Part shown: piece after piece, positions 17,606 to 26,845 of the stretch
How positions within the stretch are numbered: position 1 is the stretch's first letter
Layout: every line of letters begins with the position of its first letter
Assembly (NCBI GenBank): GCA_030016715.1
Contig: JASEJD010000012.1
Location: 12,917-44,916, forward strand
DNA: 32,000 nt
Direction of reading: 5' to 3'
Source: Methanobacteriaceae archaeon
Lineage (GTDB): Archaea > Methanobacteriota > Methanobacteria > Methanobacteriales > Methanobacteriaceae
Notes under the pieces: model-generated
What the model was told of the DNA's origin: nothing
Seen by the model: only the letters and a program-made list of their open reading frames with translations
Database searches by the model: none
Made by a program: the position numbers and the translations under genes

Positions 17606-18679
17606 CTAGAGAAATCTGTAAAAGTAAATTAAGGCTGAACATATTATGAAGGTTGAAATCCAATATAAAGCAATAATCCTTTTTTCAGAAAAGCCTTTAT
17701 AGTGTAGTGTATGATGTAATGGTTCAACCGGTAATTTTATAACTTTTGATCGGTGCAAAAGACTAATAATAACTGATATTATTGGTACAGCAAGAGCAAT
17801 TACAGCAAAATATATTATATCACCTAAAATAGCAGCGGTGGCATAACCTGCACCTAAAGCAAAAGAACCAGTATCTCCCATGAATATTGTGGCTGGATAT
17901 CTATTGAATACTAGGAAACCACAACATATTCCAGATATTGCTATGAAAGGTACTGCAAAGGCTATGTTTCCATTTAATAGCAATGCAACTGCACATGATG
18001 CAGATGCAATTGCCATAATTCCGGCAGCAAGGCCATCCATACCATCGATGAGATTAACAGCATTAATGGCCCCGATAATACCTAATATAACTATGGGTAT
18101 AACAAAAATTCCCCAGTTAACACCGCCTAAAGTAGAACTCACCGTTCCTGTTACTATTAAAAATAAGGCAATCAAAAACTGGGCGAAAATTTTTTCTTTT
18201 TCTTCTACTTCATTTTTTATAGGGGCTTTTCCTATTATCTCTACTTTTTTCTCATTTAAAAACTTTTTTAGTTCTTCTTTTGCCTTTTCAGTAGCAACAC
18301 GGGCTTCTTCACCAGTTTTTAATGTAAGTTTTCCAATTTTGATAGGGGCTTGGTGGATGTTACGGATAATGTCTTGAACCTCCTTGGTTTTTAGTCCAAT
18401 TAAATCATCCATCATTCCAATTATACCAGCAGTTAACATCATCATACAAGTTATTATTAGGTTTTTATTTCCAAAATAGATGCAAGAAATAATTAACATA
18501 CTCAATAATATGGCCATTCCACCCATGGTAGGTGTACCTGCTTTGTGTTGATGTTCAGTTACAATGGGATTATCAGTTATTCCTGCATTTTTTAGTACCT
18601 TTCTTACGAAAGCTGTAAAAAATATTGAAGCTAAAAATGTTAAAATAAATATATAAATACCCGTATTGTAAATGTTCAA
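17606..18679 (-). CDS. MraY/WecA-family polyprenyl-phosphate sugar-phosphate transferase (GT4), MraY-like
   Basis: 357 aa with a TTG start after AGGTGAT. Polytopic. Motifs GTPTMGG, MMDDLIGLK (DD motif), NAVNLIDGMDGLA and FMGDTGS. It contains a Lys/Glu-rich insert of about 50 aa after the DD motif. Confidence 0.85.
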   Translation of the reverse strand: MNIYNTGIYIFILTFLASIFFTAFVRKVLKNAGITDNPIVTEHQHKAGTPTMGGMAILLSMLIISCIYFGNKNLIITCMMMLTAGIIGMMDDLIGLKTKEVQDIIRNIHQAPIKIGKLTLKTGEEARVATEKAKEELKKFLNEKKVEIIGKAPIKNEVEEKEKIFAQFLIALFLIVTGTVSSTLGGVNWGIFVIPIVILGIIGAINAVNLIDGMDGLAAGIMAIASASCAVALLLNGNIAFAVPFIAISGICCGFLVFNRYPATIFMGDTGSFALGAGYATAAILGDIIYFAVIALAVPIISVIISLLHRSKVIKLPVEPLHHTLHYKGFSEKRIIALYWISTFIICSALIYFYRFL

Positions 18680-18720
18680 TTTATCACCTTTACCATATTA
18701 ATTGAATCTTTAATGTCATA

Positions 18721-19860
18721 TTATGATTTATAATCTATTCCTAGTTTTTTTATGGTTTCAAATGCTTTATTTGCATTTTCATCTCTTATAGTTATTCTCT
18801 TAAATGCAGGAGGGCCATGTATAATCCAAGAATTATTACTTGAAAATTCCCTTTTAGTCATAAAATCGTTATATCTGCCCTCTAATTTATTATAATTTAG
18901 AATAGGAATTTCCATTGAATAATAACTTTTCATACGTTTTTTAATGTTTATTATATTCCATTGCCCTGATGCCATGTCCACTAATTCATGCATTGGATTA
19001 ATATCAGAACATGCGGTGGTTATATAACGAGTTCCGCTTGGTCTAGTGTTCATCTCTAGAACATAAATATTTTTAGTTTCTGGATCGAATATCATATCCA
19101 CGTCATTATTACCCTCAGAACCTAAAAGATTAGTGATCTTCAAAGCCATATCTCTAATATAATCATTATCCAAACCATCTATAGTAGTCGGAGCAGTTTT
19201 TATTTTATCTAATGGATGTAAACCTTCCAAAGTAGTTCTACCTTTATTTACTGGGATAAGAGGTATGGCCTTATTCCTCCATCTAAGTACTTCAACAGAT
19301 ATTTCTATTCCCTCAATGAACTCCTCTGCAATTGCTGTTCTATTATTTTTTAAATAATGTAAAAATTCGCTTTTAGATTGAACTATTTTTTGTCCGCTTC
19401 CACCTTGCCCCTCTAAAGGTTTTAAAACTATTGGAAAATTTATATTTTGATCTAATGTAATATCTTTATCATTATCGGATATTTTTTGATAGGATGGAGT
19501 CTTTATTTTATTATTCATTAGAAATTTTTTTGTATCAAGCTTATTTACAGCGATTTTTGCGGCTTTTACTGGGGAGGCAACCACAGGAAGTTGGTGGTTT
19601 TTTTCCAAATATTCTTTCATTCTTCCTACTTCAACTAAGGGTCTATCTACACCTATTAGAGGAACCACAGCATCAACATCCTCTTTTAAAGCAATCTCAA
19701 TTGGTTCTTTCATACCTCTTGAGACTTGATAAAAAATATCTGCGAGTTTTATATTTGGTGCAGAATTATTAGATTCAGTTAAAATAGTGGTAATGCCTTT
19801 TTTTGATGCGTATGAAGCCACATCATCAAATAGTCTGGCACCTATAAATAATATTTTCAT
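18721..19860 (-). CDS. ATP-grasp ligase (CarB/Ddl-like), first gene of the Mur-like operon
   Basis: 379 aa. ATP-grasp features: FPIVLKPLEGQGGSGQKIV (Gly-rich loop), AEEFIEGIEISVEV and the Mg/ATP site VLEMNTRPSG. SD GTGATC lies 4 nt upstream. Confidence 0.75.
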   Translation of the reverse strand: MKILFIGARLFDDVASYASKKGITTILTESNNSAPNIKLADIFYQVSRGMKEPIEIALKEDVDAVVPLIGVDRPLVEVGRMKEYLEKNHQLPVVASPVKAAKIAVNKLDTKKFLMNNKIKTPSYQKISDNDKDITLDQNINFPIVLKPLEGQGGSGQKIVQSKSEFLHYLKNNRTAIAEEFIEGIEISVEVLRWRNKAIPLIPVNKGRTTLEGLHPLDKIKTAPTTIDGLDNDYIRDMALKITNLLGSEGNNDVDMIFDPETKNIYVLEMNTRPSGTRYITTACSDINPMHELVDMASGQWNIINIKKRMKSYYSMEIPILNYNKLEGRYNDFMTKREFSSNNSWIIHGPPAFKRITIRDENANKAFETIKKLGIDYKS

Positions 19861-19901
19861 TTTAGATCACTGGACATGATTAAATTAAACAAGGAATTTT
19901 T

Positions 19902-19909
19902 TATTTAAA
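19902..19909 (-). promoter_or_regulatory. candidate TATA box for the ATP-grasp/MraY-like/ligase operon
   Basis: The minus strand reads TTTAAATA about 45 nt upstream of the ATG at 19860. That would give a leader of about 20 nt containing the SD. This rests on position alone. Confidence 0.25.
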
Positions 19910-19964
19910 CAAATTAACAACTAAAATTAATTATAATGTATAATCGAAACTTTATTTAAATATT

Positions 19965-19999
19965 AAAAAATAAGATTGAAAGGATTTAATCCTTTCAAT
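19965..19999 (-). terminator. strong hairpin + T6 terminator downstream of lonB
   Basis: Perfect 11-bp stem ATTGAAAGGAT (19975-19985) / ATCCTTTCAAT (19989-19999) with a 3-nt loop. On the minus strand it is followed by CTTATTTTTT (A6 on plus, 19965-19970). It starts 10 nt after the lon stop. Confidence 0.6.
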
Positions 20000-20009
20000 A
20001 TTTCCATCT

Positions 20010-21905
20010 TTAATGGGTGGTAGGATTTTGAAGAATACCTTTAGGTACAATTTCACCTATTTTTTGCATTTTTTCTAGCAATCCTTTCTTACCTTTACCA
20101 ATTAGAGCGTGTTTTAAGACATCACTTAATGTTTCAACTGGTATTATCTCAATTTTCTCTTCGTATCTTTTTTCTATTAATACATCGTGTATGTTTGATT
20201 TGGGTATGAGAACTTTTTTAATGCCTGCTTCAGCAGCAGCTTCAATTTTACCGGTAACTCCACCTACCGGAAGAACGTCTCCTCGAATACTTAATGAACC
20301 CGTGAGAGCAACTGATTGATCAATCGGTATCTCTTCCAAGGCAGATACTACAGCAGTAGCTACAGAAACACTAGCACTATCTCCTTCTACCCCTTCATAG
20401 GCTTGGAGAAATTGAATGTGAATATCATAATTGGAAATATCTGTTCCAGTATGTTTCTTGATAAGGGCGCTGACATTTTGAACTGCTTCTTTAGCAATTT
20501 CTCCTAATTTACCAGTAGCTATTATTCTCCCTTCCTCCTTACTTTGAGCCGGGGCCGCTTCAGCAACTATGGGGAGTATAATACCACTTCGATCACCAAT
20601 TATCGCCAGGCCGTTTACACGTCCAATCTCTGTTCCTTCTGATTTGAATACCCTATACTTTTTTTTCTGTACAATGTAGCGATCAGCAATCTGTTGTTCA
20701 AGAGTTCTTGCAAGTTTTTTAGCATTAATAACATGTTTGAGTTCAACAAATTCAGTACCTTCTCCTTTAGCAATGTCACCCGCAGCACGGACTAAACCAC
20801 CTAAATCTCTTAAACGAAGAGTTAAAGAATCTTTTTTACCTGCTCTTCTTTGAGCTTCTCTTATTATCTCTTCTACAGCTTCTTTGCTGAAGTGAGGAAT
20901 TCTACCATCTTTTACTACCTCCTGGGCAACAAATTGAACCAGTTTATGCCGATTCTCAGGAGTGTCTTTCATGCTGTCTTTCATGAATACTTCATAACCG
21001 TAACCCCTAATTCTTGAACGAAGAGCAATATGCATTCCTTCCAGTACTTGAATGTTTCCAGATGCAACCAATACAAAATCACAAGGAACAACTTGTGAAC
21101 GCACCATTGCCCCACTGCTAGTTTCACTCTGACCAGTGATAGAATACTTTTTCTCTTGCATGGCAGTGAGAAGTTCTTGCTGTGTTCTCATCTTCATAGT
21201 ACCAATTTCGTCTATGTATAAAACCCCATTGTGGGCACGATGAATCATTCCAGCTTCAACACGCTCATGAGCAGGAGTTCCCAGGCCTCCAGATTGGTAG
21301 GGGTCATGTCTAACATCTCCAAGAAGTGCTCCAGCATGTGCACCAGTAGCATCAACAAAAGGAGCTATCTTATTTTTTTCATTAGATACCAGAAGTTTTG
21401 GTATCATAACTGAGGTTTTAGGTCTCATTTGTTGAAGAGCTAAGAATACAATACCAGCGGCTATAATAGCAGCAAGGAATTGCTGTAAAATGAATCCAAT
21501 AACCAGTATTAGGGAGATGATAATCATCATAAACATGTTTTTCTTATCATCTTGAGCCTTGGCCTTGGTTTTATGATCCATTACTATAGATTTTCCTTCT
21601 CCAGCAGGAACAGCTCCTATTAATGGATTGTTTGAATCCTCCATATTTGGATAAACCAATATGTCTTGTAGCTGTTCCGGAGGTAATAATTCTGCCATAG
21701 CCATGGCTAACATGGATTTCCCAATACCTGGTTCACCAATTAATAGAACGTTCCTTCTTTGCTTTGCTGCCTTCTTTATGGTTTCTACAGCTTCTTCTTG
21801 ACCGATTATTTGGTCAATAAGCCTATCAGGAACTTTAATATCTTTAGATGTTTCGTAAGTATTCAGATTTAATGAATTATTGGAGTTTTTGGTTAAATTT
21901 GTCAT
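20010..21905 (-). CDS. lonB: archaeal membrane-bound Lon protease (LonB)
   Basis: 631 aa. Walker A GEPGIGKSMLA. A TM hairpin is inserted in the AAA+ module (MFMMIIISLILVIGFILQQFLAAIIAAGIVFLAL). The C-terminal Lon proteolytic domain carries EGDSASVSVA (catalytic Ser) and the downstream Lys region. Confidence 0.93.
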   Translation of the reverse strand: MTNLTKNSNNSLNLNTYETSKDIKVPDRLIDQIIGQEEAVETIKKAAKQRRNVLLIGEPGIGKSMLAMAMAELLPPEQLQDILVYPNMEDSNNPLIGAVPAGEGKSIVMDHKTKAKAQDDKKNMFMMIIISLILVIGFILQQFLAAIIAAGIVFLALQQMRPKTSVMIPKLLVSNEKNKIAPFVDATGAHAGALLGDVRHDPYQSGGLGTPAHERVEAGMIHRAHNGVLYIDEIGTMKMRTQQELLTAMQEKKYSITGQSETSSGAMVRSQVVPCDFVLVASGNIQVLEGMHIALRSRIRGYGYEVFMKDSMKDTPENRHKLVQFVAQEVVKDGRIPHFSKEAVEEIIREAQRRAGKKDSLTLRLRDLGGLVRAAGDIAKGEGTEFVELKHVINAKKLARTLEQQIADRYIVQKKKYRVFKSEGTEIGRVNGLAIIGDRSGIILPIVAEAAPAQSKEEGRIIATGKLGEIAKEAVQNVSALIKKHTGTDISNYDIHIQFLQAYEGVEGDSASVSVATAVVSALEEIPIDQSVALTGSLSIRGDVLPVGGVTGKIEAAAEAGIKKVLIPKSNIHDVLIEKRYEEKIEIIPVETLSDVLKHALIGKGKKGLLEKMQKIGEIVPKGILQNPTTH

Positions 21906-22252
21906 TTTTTATGAAGACCTCCAAAAGTGGATTGATTTTCTGTTTAAACAACTTTAACTTTTTTTTAAATTAAATTATGTTATAAAAACAATTTCATAGT
22001 ACTTTAATAATTTATAACTATGCATAATCTGTTATCACACATAGTATATATAAATATCGATTAAAGTTACAAAAGGTAAAATAATTAACCATTATATAAA
22101 TGTCTTATATAATAATTGAAAAATTAGCTATTTATATTTTGTTATCAATCATTAATTATTCAAAAAAAATGAAATAACCCCCAATACCAATTATAAAATT
22201 TAAATTTACATAGAAAGTATAATGATGACCTATAATTCATTGGAGGCCCTAA

Positions 22253-23779
22253 ATGGTTCTAAATAAAAAAACAACATGTATAATGGTTCAAGGGACATCA
22301 TCAAATGCAGGTAAAAGTGTGGTTGTGGCTGCTCTCTGCAGAATCTTCTCTAAAAGAGGATATGCCGTGGCACCTTTTAAATCACAGAACATGTCACTTA
22401 ACTCTTTTACAACTAAAGAAAATGCGGAAATTGCCATGGCTCAAGTTCTCCAAGCAGAAGCAGCAGGAGTGGATCCATCATACAATATGAATCCCATTCT
22501 TCTAAAACCAAAGGAAGATTTCATTTCACAAGTAATAGTACATGGAAAACCAGTAAATGATATGAATTTCTATGATTACCAGAATTCATTTAGAGGAAAT
22601 GCAATAAAGGCGATCAACGCATCCTTAGAAAAATTAAAACATGAATATGATATAATTGTCATGGAGGGCGCGGGTTCTCCTGCAGAGATAAATATGATGG
22701 ACCGTGACCTGGCCAACATGAAAATAGCTGCTATGGCTGATGCTGACGTAATATTAGTCGCAGATATTGATCGGGGAGGAGTATTTGCCTCTATAGCAGG
22801 AACCTTCTCCCTTTTAGATGAAGAAGATAGAAACCGAATAAAAGGCATTATAATTAACAAGTTTCGAGGTAATCTAGATATTCTGATTCCAGGTATACGT
22901 AAAATTGAAGAAATTGTAGGAGTACCAGTACTAGGAGTATTACCCTATGATGAAAGCCTTAAACTTCCTGAAGAAGATTCCGCATCCTTATCTGAACGAA
23001 ATTATAAGAAAAATGAGAAATTAACTATAGGTGTATTAAGATTACCAAGAATTTCTAATTTTACTGATATAGATCCTCTAGAATATGAACCCGACATAGG
23101 TATTAAATTAATAGAAATGAATTCAAATCTTGGGAAAATTGATGCCCTTATACTGCCTGGTACACGTAATACCATCGGTGATCTGATAACCCTTAAAGAA
23201 TATGGTTTTGATGATGAAATCAGAGAAATGGTTGGTGAAATACCCATATTTGGTATATGCGGCGGATATCAAATACTTGGTAAAAAGATATTTGATGAAT
23301 CTTTAAAAGAATCTAAGTACGGTTCAGTGGAAGGAATGGGTATTCTTGATATAAAAACTAGATTTGATAAGATGGATAAAATTATAGCCCAAAGTCAAGG
23401 GATAGTATTAGGTAATGGGTTATTCTCCACTTTAAAAGGAGAATTAGTTAAAGGATATGAGCTCCATGAAGGTGTTTCAGTTTTGGGAGAAAGCAAACCC
23501 TTGTTTAAAGTAGTTAAAGGATGTGGTAATAATCCTAAATCAGGTTTTGATGGTGCGACCAATGGTCTAACCTATGGAACCTACTTCCACGGAATATTTC
23601 ATAATTTCCGATTTAGAAGAGTTTTCACAGACTACTTGAGGGAAAAAAATGGTTTGGATACATTGGAATTTCAATATGACAATTTTGAGGATTTAAAAAC
23701 TTTTTCCATAAATCGCCTGGCAGATATAGTGGAAGATAATATAGATATGAGTGCTATAGATAATCTCATAAAATCTTAA
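22253..23779 (+). CDS. cobQ: cobyric acid synthase
   Basis: 508 aa. N-terminal CobQ/CobB ATPase-like domain (VQGTSSNAGKS) and a C-terminal GATase domain with the nucleophile motif FGICGGYQILG and the HEG/FHG histidine region. SD GGAGG 6 nt upstream. Confidence 0.9.
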   Translation: MVLNKKTTCIMVQGTSSNAGKSVVVAALCRIFSKRGYAVAPFKSQNMSLNSFTTKENAEIAMAQVLQAEAAGVDPSYNMNPILLKPKEDFISQVIVHGKPVNDMNFYDYQNSFRGNAIKAINASLEKLKHEYDIIVMEGAGSPAEINMMDRDLANMKIAAMADADVILVADIDRGGVFASIAGTFSLLDEEDRNRIKGIIINKFRGNLDILIPGIRKIEEIVGVPVLGVLPYDESLKLPEEDSASLSERNYKKNEKLTIGVLRLPRISNFTDIDPLEYEPDIGIKLIEMNSNLGKIDALILPGTRNTIGDLITLKEYGFDDEIREMVGEIPIFGICGGYQILGKKIFDESLKESKYGSVEGMGILDIKTRFDKMDKIIAQSQGIVLGNGLFSTLKGELVKGYELHEGVSVLGESKPLFKVVKGCGNNPKSGFDGATNGLTYGTYFHGIFHNFRFRRVFTDYLREKNGLDTLEFQYDNFEDLKTFSINRLADIVEDNIDMSAIDNLIKS

Positions 23780-23819
23780 AAAATTCTATGCTAATTGAAA
23801 AAAGAGTATTAGTATTTTT

Positions 23820-25142
23820 TTAGATTCCAGCTAATACCGGGCGTGCAATAGTAAATACTATAATCAAAGTCATTATTAAACCAATTATAACCAGCGGAAC
23901 TCCTGCTTTTAAAATTTCTTTAACAGATACATAGCCTGTTCCATGAGCCATAGCTACGGTAGGATCTGCCATAGGGAACATGAATGACATGGAACAAGAT
24001 ATTGCCACTGGTACAGCGTAAGTTCCTGTTGGAAGGCCAGTTGCACTTTCGAATGTTACGGATAACGGAATAAGAATTGCCGATAACGCAATATTGGACA
24101 TTACTTGAGTTAAAACTACAGCAATACCCATTAGAATAAGAGTCATTATTAAGGTAGATGGATCATTACCAACCAAAGAAACTAAATCCTTAATTAACCA
24201 ACTAGCAGCGCCAGTATTAAGTAAAGCCGCCCCTAAAGATAATGCACCGCCGAAAAATACTATTAAACCCCAATCTACATTTTTTTGTGCATCTTTCCAA
24301 TCGATGATGCCGAAAATGAAGAATAGTGTAGCTCCAATAAGTGCAATAGAATAACTATTAAGTCCAGTAAATTGAGTTGTCACCCACAAAAATATTGTGA
24401 AAGACAATATAGCTAATGAAAATTTCTCATTTCGGGTCATTGGACCCATTTTATCAATAGTAGAATTTATTACTTCCTTACCTCCTTTAATTTCCTTGAC
24501 TTCAGAGGGGAATATTATTCCTAAAACTTTCCAAATAATAAGCATTAATATTATGGCTAGTGGAAAACCAAATATCATCCAGTCTAAGAATGGTATTTTG
24601 GTGTATGCAGCGGCCATTAGGTTTGGTGCCGTTCCAATTTCTGTACCAAAACCACCAGCTAATGATCCATAGGATGCCCCTAAAATCATGGCCTTGGCAA
24701 AATTACTTTTTCCCCATTTAGCGTCTTTAACTCCCATCAATGATATAACTTCTTTAATTACCGGTAAAAGCATGGCAAAAGCCACTACATTTTCAATCCA
24801 AGCCGACATCAAACCTGTTGAAAAAATTGCTGCGAAAAGAGTCATATTAGATGTTGTTCCTAGTCTGGAAAGCATATAATAAGTTATTCGTTTAGCAAGG
24901 CCACTTTTTCTAATGGCCTCAGCAATTATAAATCCTCCTATCATCAAAAAGAGTATGGGATTTGCAAAACCTATCACAGCATTATCAAAACTTGTAATGC
25001 CCATTATTGGCTGTATAAACAATATTATTAAGGAAGTAACTGCTAAAGGAACTGTTTCTGTTCCCCACATTATTACTGCAAAAACAAGTAAAGCAAGAGA
25101 TGCATGTCCCGCGAAACTTAAACCATCTAAAGGTATTATCAT
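23820..25142 (-). CDS. anion/dicarboxylate permease of the SLC13/DASS (ArsB/NhaD superfamily) type; 5' end uncertain (see findings)
   Basis: 440 aa from the first in-frame ATG and polytopic throughout. The internal twofold character and the N-terminal block [35 protein letters not shown] are typical of DASS permeases. An in-frame upstream helix has no canonical start. Confidence 0.7.
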   Translation of the reverse strand: MIIPLDGLSFAGHASLALLVFAVIMWGTETVPLAVTSLIILFIQPIMGITSFDNAVIGFANPILFLMIGGFIIAEAIRKSGLAKRITYYMLSRLGTTSNMTLFAAIFSTGLMSAWIENVVAFAMLLPVIKEVISLMGVKDAKWGKSNFAKAMILGASYGSLAGGFGTEIGTAPNLMAAAYTKIPFLDWMIFGFPLAIILMLIIWKVLGIIFPSEVKEIKGGKEVINSTIDKMGPMTRNEKFSLAILSFTIFLWVTTQFTGLNSYSIALIGATLFFIFGIIDWKDAQKNVDWGLIVFFGGALSLGAALLNTGAASWLIKDLVSLVGNDPSTLIMTLILMGIAVVLTQVMSNIALSAILIPLSVTFESATGLPTGTYAVPVAISCSMSFMFPMADPTVAMAHGTGYVSVKEILKAGVPLVIIGLIMTLIIVFTIARPVLAGI

Positions 25143-25794
25143 TACAATTAAAGCAGCAAAAATTGCTAAAGGAAGGCCTATTTTCTTTAAATTCGTGATT
25201 CATACCCCCAAAATACTAAAGTCTATTATTGAAATTTAAGGATATTAATTTATTGTATAATAGTTTATTTATAAGTATAGTCTATTAATTGTAAAACATA
25301 AATTGTAGTTTTAATTTCATTATAAACATTTGATTAAAGATCAAATAAACAATATATAAAAATTACACTAATTAAACTATTTTAAATTATTATAAACTAT
25401 AATTTTTTAAGTTAAAGGAAAATTAATAGATTTTGAAATATATAATATTAATATAATTTGTTTAATTTCGCTCTTTAGCCAAAAAAGATATTGATTTAAA
25501 TTGTTCTTAATATTGTTTTTACAAAATCAGGAAAAACACATAAATTTCACTATTTAGGAAAATTAAAACAAATAAACAGTTTTTTTAATAAATCTAATGT
25601 ATCAAAATATAATTTCTTGAAAGATTAATCATTAAAGCATTTCAGGTTTAAGAGTCATTATATAAGTTATAGTTAATATTATTCAATGATTATTCTCTTA
25701 TTATCAAAATATGGAAATCTAGTTAAATCATGTTTACCTAGATAATTAAAAGATAAACACCAAATTTAATCAATAAACAAGTCCAACCTAAAAC

Positions 25795-25802
25795 TTTATA
25801 TA
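25795..25802 (+). promoter_or_regulatory. TATA box for the tRNA-Gly pair
   Basis: TTTATATA is centred about 27 nt upstream of the mature 5' end of the first tRNA (25826) and is preceded by an A-rich BRE-like AAAAC. Confidence 0.5.
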
Positions 25803-25825
25803 GAATGAATCTAAAATCATGGTAT

Positions 25826-25899
25826 GCGGCGTTAGTCCAGTCTGGTTAAGACTCTGGCCTGCCACGCCAGTGACCCGGGTTCAAATCCCGGACGCCGCA
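25826..25899 (+). tRNA. tRNA-Gly (anticodon GCC)
   Basis: 74 nt. Acceptor GCGGCGT/ACGCCGC, anticodon stem CTGGC/GCCAG with loop CTGCCAC, T arm CCGGG-TTCAAAT-CCCGG and discriminator A. No CCA is encoded. Confidence 0.93.
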
Positions 25900-25901
25900 T
25901 C

Positions 25902-25975
<74 letters not shown>

Positions 25976-26187
25976 TTGAATTATTAATTGTTATTTTTAA
26001 CCACTTAAAAGGGAATTAAAATTATAATTTTAAAGCATTCATATCCACTTGATATCAATTTTTTGTAAATTATCAAAAAACAGTAAAAAAAGATTTCATA
26101 TCATTAAATTGTAATATTTAATTTTTAGATAAAATCTATTCTCAGATGGGTTTATAAATTAGTAAAGACTGAATAATATCTTATTAT

Positions 26188-26589
26188 TTAAACTGCCACT
26201 AAAATTTCAGCAGCAACCAGGCGACATATATCTGTTTTAGTTATAACCCCAACTGCTTTATCACCCTCTAAAACCAGTAAACCTGATATATCAGCCCTTA
26301 ACATTAAATTTGCAGCATCTTCAATACCATCATCTGCAGATATTGTAATTATATCAGTAGCCATAATATCCGTTACTTGAATTACTTCCACTTCTTTAGG
26401 CCCTGGTTTTATACTACCTAACACACCAATAAGATCTGAATAGGATACCACCCCAATTGGATTATCATCATCATCTAAAACAAATAGTCTTCTAACACCG
26501 TGTTTATACATCCTTTCAAAGGCTTCTAAAGGTCTAGTGTATGGACTAATTTTTATTACGTCAGGATTCATAGCCTCTTTTACTTTCAT
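26188..26589 (-). CDS. CBS-domain pair protein
   Basis: 133 aa with two tandem CBS repeats (MNPDVIKISPYT...RRLFVLDDDDNPIGVVSYSDL and IMATDIITISADD...ISGLLVLEGDKAVGVITKTDI). Confidence 0.85.
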   Translation of the reverse strand: MKVKEAMNPDVIKISPYTRPLEAFERMYKHGVRRLFVLDDDDNPIGVVSYSDLIGVLGSIKPGPKEVEVIQVTDIMATDIITISADDGIEDAANLMLRADISGLLVLEGDKAVGVITKTDICRLVAAEILVAV

Positions 26590-26845
26590 TTTATATCACT
26601 CCCGAAATTGCCTAAAATCATTATTTCCTAATCTCCCATAATTTTTAAAATGTCATGTTAGATACATATTACTATAAATTTTTCAGAGCATAACTTTTTT
26701 TATATTTTTCGGAACTTTTTTATGGTTAAAATAAAAAATGTATTGAAATAACAATATTGTTTGGATTAACAAAAATTTAAATAGTATGAAAAAGTATTAT
26801 TATAATAACAAATTTATGAACTAATATCCAATTTGGGGGTATATT

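Noticed and set aside
17880-18377. 165-aa plus-strand ORF
   Set aside because: It is antisense to the MraY-like gene, whose DD, NxxNxxDGxDGL and MGDTGS motifs fix the real frame.
21906-22252. Possible cobalamin riboswitch upstream of cobQ
   Set aside because: The 347-bp leader/divergent region is almost pure A/T. It has no G+C-rich B12-box-like element or stable stems, and riboswitches of this class are not established in these archaea.
24985-25203. 72-aa minus-strand ORF with a Cys-rich sequence (FCCFNCNDN...) that looks like a zinc-finger peptide
   Set aside because: It is the permease N-terminus read out of frame. The Cys/Phe/Asn richness comes from frame-shifted Leu/Ile/Ala codons. Only its ATG is of interest (see the permease 5' finding).
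24397-25239. Plus-strand ORFs of 91, 63 and 108 aa
   Set aside because: They are antisense to the polytopic permease gene. Their hydrophobic translations are mirror artefacts of TM-helix codons.
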